NCBI GenBank assembly: GCA_038887515.1
Contig: JAWAKK010000001.1
Coordinates: 160,001-224,000, forward strand
DNA: 64,000 nt
Source of the DNA: Candidatus Nezhaarchaeales archaeon
GTDB taxonomy: Archaea > Thermoproteota > Methanomethylicia > Nezhaarchaeales > WYZ-LMO8
Direction of reading: 5' to 3'
The translations under genes and the position numbers were made by a program. How positions within the stretch are numbered: position 1 is the stretch's first letter; each line of letters starts with the position of its first letter. Below, piece after piece: positions 57,648 through 64,000 of this stretch. Below the pieces are notes generated by a model that saw only the letters and a program-made list of their open reading frames with translations, was not told the DNA's origin and did not search any database.

Positions 57648-60509
57648 TTGACTCGCAAAGTTACATTCACCGTATCGATTTTAGCCTTAGCGTTCATGAT
57701 TGTCACCCTCGTCATATCTTTAGCCCAGTCTAGTAGCTTCGAAGTGTTGTCAACGTCTTTCAAGTCTTCTGCCGGTATGGATGTTTATCCCGGAAGTCGG
57801 AGAGCTTACTTGAGAATAGATGTACAGTATCACGGAACTGAAGACGCTTACTCTGTCACTGGCTACCTCAAGGATCTACCGCCTGGAATATCTCCTAGCT
57901 TCGGTTACGGCTTAACTTCACCAGCTAGGGACCCTAATGGAACAACCAAGATTAGCATATCTCAAGGAGACATTTTCTACTTCGACTTTTATCTTGATGT
58001 TAATAAAGGAGTAGAGCCCGATACCTACGACCTTACCTTAATTGTGAGCTACAAAATTGGAACTGAAACCAAATCCGAGAACTTCAGAGTAAGTATAGCT
58101 ATAGCACCATACCCTGAGCTAAGGATCATAGCAGTAGATGTTTCATGGAACCCTGGGGCTTACCCAAGAACAATAGATGCGTCTCTAAGGGTAACTATTA
58201 GGAACGTAGGCACGTCAGATCTAAGAAATGCTGTAGCCAAGCTTTTACTTCCAGAGGGCTTTAGACCGAGAGAGCTGAGCACTCAAGTAAACCCTATAGT
58301 TGCTGGTGACCAGGCTTTAATTCAATTTAACGATATAGACATTGATGTGGGACAAGGTAGCTATACCGCGATCATAGATATTAACGGCACGGCTCAGACC
58401 CCCGATGGTGTAACCTACAATGCATCGGCATCAATATCGATATCAATAAAGGTAGAGGCTGTAGCCAGCGAACTTTACGTCATAAAACCCCTATCTGCTC
58501 AATGGGGTGAGGCTCAACCACGTCCTTCATATCCCGGTTCGAGGTATGTCCCCCTTACAATAACCCTAATAAATGGAGGCGAGTACGACGCTCTTGGCCT
58601 CATTGTTAGAACCTCCTCTCAGTACCTAAAGCCCATAAAGGCTGAAGATACGTATCCGGCTAGGATTTATCCTGGAGACTCTTGCAGCTTAACTTTCTAC
58701 TTCGACGTTGCAACATACGCATATGAGAAATTTAACTTAGTATTGGACATGGAGTATTGGGTTGATATAGGCGGGGGTACTTTAGTCCGAGTATCTTCGA
58801 GACAGCATATTCAAGTATTTGTGGAAGAATACGTAGGTACCCAAGGCGAAGGCATTTACGTAGTTTCGACAGGCTGGCTAAACAATTACAACGTCTTCCC
58901 TAACACCGACAACGCTACATACCAAGTAGTTATAGCCAACAGGCTTCCATTTCAGCTAAGAGGCATAAAGGCCTCGCTTACATTACCGTTAGGATTTAGA
59001 GGTGACATGGGGTCTATTGCAACAGCGTACTTTGACGGACCCTTAACAAGTTACTCGTCGGCAGCTCTCCCCTTCAGGGTCTCGGTGGGCAACGTCAAGC
59101 CGGGATTGTATGAGGCAACTTTGACTGTAGATTACATAGCCGAGTCTGGCGGTCCTGGAACTAGGAAAGTAGAACATTTTAATGTTAAAATGAGGGTTAT
59201 AGATGATAAAGACGCAATAGAGTTAATAAGCGCTACGTGGCTTGCTTCAGCCGTCGAGCCTAGAACTTACGGAGCCGTCCTCAGAGTTGACTTGCGTAAC
59301 AATTACATAGACTCAATGAATGGTGTAATCTTAGAGATTAACTTACCGCGCGGCTTCTTCAGTGCCATCGACAACTCTTCGAAGATTAAAATAGCTTCGA
59401 CGTCACCTGAGATAGTGCAGGTAGCTCAGAACTTACCTCAAAGCATAGAGGCGCTCATATCTATCATTAGGGCTACGGCCATATCGCCACAACAATCACA
59501 GCAATACCCTCGAGGAAGCACTATATCGTTTTTAGTACCTCTGAACGTACTCGTCAATTCTACGGGGATCTATAAAGCTACGGGTACCGTAAGTTACATA
59601 GATTCTTGGGGTTGCAGGAGGGAGTGTAAAGTAGAAGTACCATTAACCGTCCTCGGCTCGGCTAGGTACGTAGACGTTAAGCTTCTAGGATCTATGAGCA
59701 TAAAAAGTAGGTATACGAACATGACCTTAGTACTTCAAAACCTAGGCAGCTCACCTGCATACAACGTCTACTTGACCATAAGGGCTACTCAAAGCGCTCT
59801 AGGTACCAGCGCTCCACTCTTAATCGCAACGCCCTCCACGATATATCTTGATATGCTTGAAGCTAACGCCACGACGAGCATACCAATGGTTTTCGCTTTT
59901 AACCCCTTGGGTTATCAAAGCGTTATGGGTGCAACAACCGTAGTGAATTACGGTGTAGCCCCTCTAATGGTATCTATCTCTTACAAGGACGCTAACGGCT
60001 ACTCTCATAACTTCGACGTTACTGTAGCTGTCGCCTTAGAACCCTTCATAGACGTAGTCGTAAGGGACTTAAAGGCCGAAGCATCCCAAGGAGCACTCGA
60101 AGTTAGCGGCACTCTAATAAACTATGGTTCGGCCACGGCGTATAGGCTTGAAGTTGGTGCTCGTGCCGGAAGTTCATCGTCCAGCTCGTTTATAGGAGAC
60201 CTAGAACCTGGATCTCAAACGGCGTTTAGAATCAGGATGCAAGTTCCGGAAAACGTGAGCGATTACGTTAAACTTACCATAAGCTACTACAATATATTTA
60301 ATGAGTACGATAAGCGGGAGCTTAACGTCACGATCACACGCATACAACCCAAAGTAGAGGAGAAGCCTGTAGCCGAGGCTCCTATTCCATTTTACGGCCT
60401 ATTAATGATAGTTTTAGTGATAATATTCTTGGCGCTAGTCGGGATACTAGTCTACAGACTTTATAGGTCCCACATGCGAAGGCTTCGCAGTGGGGTATCC
60501 ACTCAATGA
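57648..60509 (+). CDS. Large exported multi-Ig-like (COG1361/S-layer-domain) protein with C-terminal TM anchor
   Basis: Signal peptide, repeated YPG / N.G...A / LP.GF beta-sandwich modules, C-terminal TM plus basic tail; lies between ATPase and permease. Confidence 0.8.
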   Translation: MTRKVTFTVSILALAFMIVTLVISLAQSSSFEVLSTSFKSSAGMDVYPGSRRAYLRIDVQYHGTEDAYSVTGYLKDLPPGISPSFGYGLTSPARDPNGTTKISISQGDIFYFDFYLDVNKGVEPDTYDLTLIVSYKIGTETKSENFRVSIAIAPYPELRIIAVDVSWNPGAYPRTIDASLRVTIRNVGTSDLRNAVAKLLLPEGFRPRELSTQVNPIVAGDQALIQFNDIDIDVGQGSYTAIIDINGTAQTPDGVTYNASASISISIKVEAVASELYVIKPLSAQWGEAQPRPSYPGSRYVPLTITLINGGEYDALGLIVRTSSQYLKPIKAEDTYPARIYPGDSCSLTFYFDVATYAYEKFNLVLDMEYWVDIGGGTLVRVSSRQHIQVFVEEYVGTQGEGIYVVSTGWLNNYNVFPNTDNATYQVVIANRLPFQLRGIKASLTLPLGFRGDMGSIATAYFDGPLTSYSSAALPFRVSVGNVKPGLYEATLTVDYIAESGGPGTRKVEHFNVKMRVIDDKDAIELISATWLASAVEPRTYGAVLRVDLRNNYIDSMNGVILEINLPRGFFSAIDNSSKIKIASTSPEIVQVAQNLPQSIEALISIIRATAISPQQSQQYPRGSTISFLVPLNVLVNSTGIYKATGTVSYIDSWGCRRECKVEVPLTVLGSARYVDVKLLGSMSIKSRYTNMTLVLQNLGSSPAYNVYLTIRATQSALGTSAPLLIATPSTIYLDMLEANATTSIPMVFAFNPLGYQSVMGATTVVNYGVAPLMVSISYKDANGYSHNFDVTVAVALEPFIDVVVRDLKAEASQGALEVSGTLINYGSATAYRLEVGARAGSSSSSSFIGDLEPGSQTAFRIRMQVPENVSDYVKLTISYYNIFNEYDKRELNVTITRIQPKVEEKPVAEAPIPFYGLLMIVLVIIFLALVGILVYRLYRSHMRRLRSGVSTQ

Positions 60510-61738
60510 GACTCTCGACATTATTGTTCATAGTTGATGCATTTAGGCTCTCTTTCAAGGTGATTAAAGAGAGGAAATTAAGGGCGACGCTAACGATGTT
60601 GGGAATAATGATGGGTCCCTTAGTCATGATAATGATGGGTTCTGTAGTCGCTGGCTACTCAAATTATATAGTAAATCAGATAGCATCGTTAGGACAAAAC
60701 ACCATAATAATATACCCTTCGTCGGATTACAAGCTAACACAAGATGACCTAAACTATGTAAGGTCATTCCCATACGTCGAGGAGGCCGAGCCCTTCTACG
60801 CAACCCAAGGAGTTATGAAGAGGGGTGGAGAAAACATTCAAGTATACGTATACGCCGTTAAGCTCTCGCTAGTACTAAAGTCCATAGGTGGCCTCGAAAT
60901 ATTGGAGGGAAATAAACCTTCGGAAAGCGACGTTCTTGCAGCTCTTGTAGGTTACAAGGTGGCCTTCGATGAAGAAGGCAATAAGTTATACAATGTAGGC
61001 GACGTCATAACGTTGACGACAAGTGAAGTTAAAGGTGGGCGGATCGTTAAGACAAGGAACATAAATGTCGTAACTGCTGGAATCCTTAAGGAATATGGTG
61101 GTGCACTACTGTTTAGTCCTGACCAGACTATTTTTCTGAATGTTGAGGCTGGGAAAAAACTGCTAAGCATTAATGATTGGTCTGGAATATTTATTATGCT
61201 TAAGGACTCCATTTATGTTAATGATTTCACGAAATCCCTTAGAGACGTATACGGCAATAGACTTACAGTAATAGCATTTGGAGCTATAGCAAAGATAGCA
61301 TCTAGCGTGACGGCAGCAATCTCATTCATAAATTTTACAACCTCACTTTCCGCATTAGCAGTTGCAATTGCTGGAATTACTGCAACGATGGTCACATCAG
61401 TTATAGAGAGAACTAGAGAAATAGGAGTTATGAAGGCCGTAGGTTTTACTAACATTCAAGTAGTGCTAATGATTTTAGCAGAGTCTCTTGCTATAAGCCT
61501 AATAGGTGGGTTGATTGGAGTAATCTTAGGTATTATTGGAGCCTACGCGCTTGCATCACAAGGTCTAGAGATTGCTGGCGAAACTACATCACTTGTTATA
61601 AAGGCTCAGCCAGCGTTAACTCCTGACTTATTCTTGTTAACGCTAGGGTTAACAGTCCTCGTAGGCATAATTGGTGGTTTACTGCCTGCATATATGGCCT
61701 CCAAGATACCGCCAGCCGTAGCGTTGCGTTACGAGTAA
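60506..61738 (+). CDS. ABC transporter permease (MacB/FtsX family)
   Basis: RKLRA.LT.LGI, SV.ERTREIG.MKA.G, G..PAY.AS...P..ALRYE. Confidence 0.93.
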   Translation: MRLSTLLFIVDAFRLSFKVIKERKLRATLTMLGIMMGPLVMIMMGSVVAGYSNYIVNQIASLGQNTIIIYPSSDYKLTQDDLNYVRSFPYVEEAEPFYATQGVMKRGGENIQVYVYAVKLSLVLKSIGGLEILEGNKPSESDVLAALVGYKVAFDEEGNKLYNVGDVITLTTSEVKGGRIVKTRNINVVTAGILKEYGGALLFSPDQTIFLNVEAGKKLLSINDWSGIFIMLKDSIYVNDFTKSLRDVYGNRLTVIAFGAIAKIASSVTAAISFINFTTSLSALAVAIAGITATMVTSVIERTREIGVMKAVGFTNIQVVLMILAESLAISLIGGLIGVILGIIGAYALASQGLEIAGETTSLVIKAQPALTPDLFLLTLGLTVLVGIIGGLLPAYMASKIPPAVALRYE

Positions 61739-61749
61739 ACATGCCACCA

Positions 61750-62253
61750 TTAATGATCTTTCACCTCGCTTTTCTCCATGATTCTAAGAACTTCTTGTAG
61801 CTTTTCAGCTCGATACTTCACGAGGGCCTTTATTATGTCGAGGACCTTGGAATCTAGCCTTGAGAGGACGTCTAGACGGAGAACGAATGGCATGCCAATG
61901 AATAGTTCTACCTTGTCTGACACTTGCTCCAAGAGCTTTTGTATAAATAGGGCTACGAACTTCTTGCCTTTATCAGTTATTGAATAGATCTTCCGGACCT
62001 TAGCGCCACAATGATACTTATTCGCAGTGACGTAACCTAACGTCTCAAGGTACCTTAAGACTGGATAGAGAGAGCCGGGGCTTGGCTTCCATAGACCCAT
62101 GCTCCGCTTCGCAATCTCTTGAATTATTCTATAACCATGTTTTTCGCCTTCGAGAAGCAGCAATAATGTTGATACTTTTAGAAGACCCTTTCCTAAAGAA
62201 CGAAGCGTCTTAACTACGTCCCTTTCAACGATTCTGTCAGTGTTCTGATTCAT
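61750..62253 (-). CDS. PadR family transcriptional regulator
   Basis: HGY.I, W.PSPGSLYP.L..LE..G, RK.Y.IT.KG. Confidence 0.92.
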   Translation of the reverse strand: MNQNTDRIVERDVVKTLRSLGKGLLKVSTLLLLLEGEKHGYRIIQEIAKRSMGLWKPSPGSLYPVLRYLETLGYVTANKYHCGAKVRKIYSITDKGKKFVALFIQKLLEQVSDKVELFIGMPFVLRLDVLSRLDSKVLDIIKALVKYRAEKLQEVLRIMEKSEVKDH

Positions 62254-62379
62254 AGAAAACTCCTCATAATTTAGAAATAAGACCTTCAGTATTAAGCCTG
62301 TTTCTTCGAACGCCGATATCTAAAGACCATTTAGAGGTAAGAGGGATGCGAGAACATCTTAAAGATGTGTTTTGAAGTC

Positions 62380-63162
62380 TTATTTTGAAGCCCCCTCTAT
62401 CCCTCTAGAACCAACAATCTTTTCTATTTCTCGTAGTATTTCTCTCGGTCTCTTTAATACGACGACCCCCTCTATGGTTAATAGCTTCCTCACATTCCCT
62501 AGATCTATAGGGGTACTCTTGGCCTTAATTTTGGCCCTAAACCTAACGGCTCCAAATGGGCACGAGTGAAGGCAATTACTGCATCCGATACACTTTGATA
62601 AGTTTATGTGCCCTGACCCTTCTACAAGTTCGAAAGCTTTCGTAGGACATGAAGTTAAGGGTTTACATTCCTTGCATTTATGTAACTCACAGATCAATCT
62701 GTTGACTATGTGAGGGGTCTCAGTCTCGTATTCGACTTCGGAGTCCGTCGGAACTATAAGAACCTTGACCCCACCCTTCAGAGCTTGAGCTACAGCTATA
62801 GTCGGAGGCGTATCGGCTATCCCTCTTACAATCTTTGCAACGGTATTTGCTGATGCCGGTGATGCTATTAGAGCACTGTACGTCCTCATCAGCAGTCTTC
62901 CAGCTTTGCTACAACTAGCCCCATCACTAGGCGTTACAAGTTCTCTATAATAGTTACCATCTGCTATGGTCCTTAATTTACCCTCAAGACCATAAATTCT
63001 AACGACTTCAAGCCCGGCTTGAGATATGAATACCGTTATTTCGAAACCCTTTGATACTAGCTCCTCCATAACTTCTATGCTTTCAAAGAGATGGTGGCCA
63101 GCGCCCGTCAAGCACCATGCCAACCTATTTCGATGGTAGCTCAACTCTCTTCGCACCTTCAA
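62380..63162 (-). CDS. dmrX: Dihydromethanopterin reductase (flavoprotein with ferredoxin insert)
   Basis: AW..TGAGH, S.AG.EV...YG, P.SANTVAKI..GIADT, two ferredoxin-type Cys clusters. Confidence 0.82.
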   Translation of the reverse strand: MKVRRELSYHRNRLAWCLTGAGHHLFESIEVMEELVSKGFEITVFISQAGLEVVRIYGLEGKLRTIADGNYYRELVTPSDGASCSKAGRLLMRTYSALIASPASANTVAKIVRGIADTPPTIAVAQALKGGVKVLIVPTDSEVEYETETPHIVNRLICELHKCKECKPLTSCPTKAFELVEGSGHINLSKCIGCSNCLHSCPFGAVRFRAKIKAKSTPIDLGNVRKLLTIEGVVVLKRPREILREIEKIVGSRGIEGASK

Positions 63163-64000
63163 GTAGCAAGTCTACTTGGTTGGCTAAGTCTCTAAGCACG
63201 GTCTGATAATCAATCTTCCCCATCTCTATAAGGTACATTTTTTCTTCAAGAGCTTTAGTGGTGGCCTCTGAAACGAGGTCTTTAAATCTTTCAATTAAAT
63301 AGTCATATACTCCTCTGCCCAAGGCAGTTGCTATTAACCCTCCCCACTTATTTTTGATGACGTACTTATGCCTTATCAACCCCTCGATAATTTTTGAATA
63401 AGTCGATGGCCTACCTATACCCCTCTCCTTCATTAACTTTATGACGTCTCCCTCTTTATACAACGGTATTTTTGACGTTCTTCTGATCTCAACGTTCTCC
63501 ACCTTAAGGAGATCACCTACATTCAATCTATTTATAAGCTTGTAGCCGAGGACGTCAAGATAGCCAGGATCCTTTATCTCAACTATCCCTTCTTGGTCGG
63601 TAAGGTACTTAACGCCATTAATTTCAAGGCTGAACTTGTACTTCGCTTTAACGACTATAGCTTTCTTCATTTGGCTAGCTATGAACCTCCTAAATATCAG
63701 GTCGTATAACCTATAGTGCCTCATGGATAATGGTACTATGGTTTTTATAGAACCATCCATAACTAAGCGTTGAAGCGTAAGCGCATCTATTGGCCGCGTA
63801 GGCCTTATACATTCATGCGCGCCTTCCTTGAACCAATCTCTGGGCACGAACCAATTCTTGAACTCTTCCTTATACCTTTCCTGCAGGTAGTCCCTGGCGA
63901 TAATTTTACCGACGTCAGAGACGGTCGTGCTATCGGTTCTATGATAAGTTATAAAACCCATTTCAAACAATTCTTGCGCTATCCTCATAGTTTCAGACGA
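63125..64000 (-). CDS. rgy: Reverse gyrase, C-terminal topoisomerase IA part (gene runs off the window)
   Basis: AQELFE.G.ITYHRTDS (catalytic Tyr), EGAHECIRPTRP, LY.LIF.RF.ASQM, MKERGIGRPSTY, VSE..T..LE..M. Confidence 0.88.
   Translation of the reverse strand, partial: SSETMRIAQELFEMGFITYHRTDSTTVSDVGKIIARDYLQERYKEEFKNWFVPRDWFKEGAHECIRPTRPIDALTLQRLVMDGSIKTIVPLSMRHYRLYDLIFRRFIASQMKKAIVVKAKYKFSLEINGVKYLTDQEGIVEIKDPGYLDVLGYKLINRLNVGDLLKVENVEIRRTSKIPLYKEGDVIKLMKERGIGRPSTYSKIIEGLIRHKYVIKNKWGGLIATALGRGVYDYLIERFKDLVSEATTKALEEKMYLIEMGKIDYQTVLRDLANQVDLLLEGAKRVELPSK

Noticed and set aside
1-64000. tRNA, rRNA, CRISPR arrays, transposases, integrases, inteins
   Set aside because: No T-loop/cloverleaf, spaced repeats, recombinase motifs or oversized conserved proteins were seen by eye; a tRNAscan-SE/Infernal run would be needed to be definitive

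Overview
Gene-dense chromosomal segment (about 60 CDS) of a probably thermophilic or hyperthermophilic archaeon. Reverse gyrase supports thermophily, and eS25, AGOG and Sulfolobus-type LeuB point to the TACK/Thermoproteota lineage (inference). It encodes a complete group 3b [NiFe] sulfhydrogenase operon with its maturation protease and a dispersed tetrahydromethanopterin (H4MPT) toolkit (mptA, mptE, DUF447, a DHPS-like protein, dmrX, stand-alone fae). It also carries archaeal CoA genes (pantoate kinase, phosphopantothenate synthetase), tandem purP paralogs, thiolase/DUF35, pelota, elp3, an E1/JAMM pair and several transporters. Features missed by the ORF track are two box C/D guide sRNAs on the minus strand (about 37285-37346 and 56540-56595), a 40-aa membrane peptide, a hydrolase gene broken by one in-frame TAA, and a DUF2703 gene broken by a 2-nt slip in a GT repeat. 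The best candidates for uncharacterised systems are a four-gene exported-protein/membrane-protein/wHTH module with an operator-like palindrome (32.5-34.5 kb), a split MgtE plus twin PhoU-RCK_C module, and a minimal protein-kinase-like protein. By eye I found no tRNA, rRNA, CRISPR array or transposase. All family calls come from motif recognition, not database searches.
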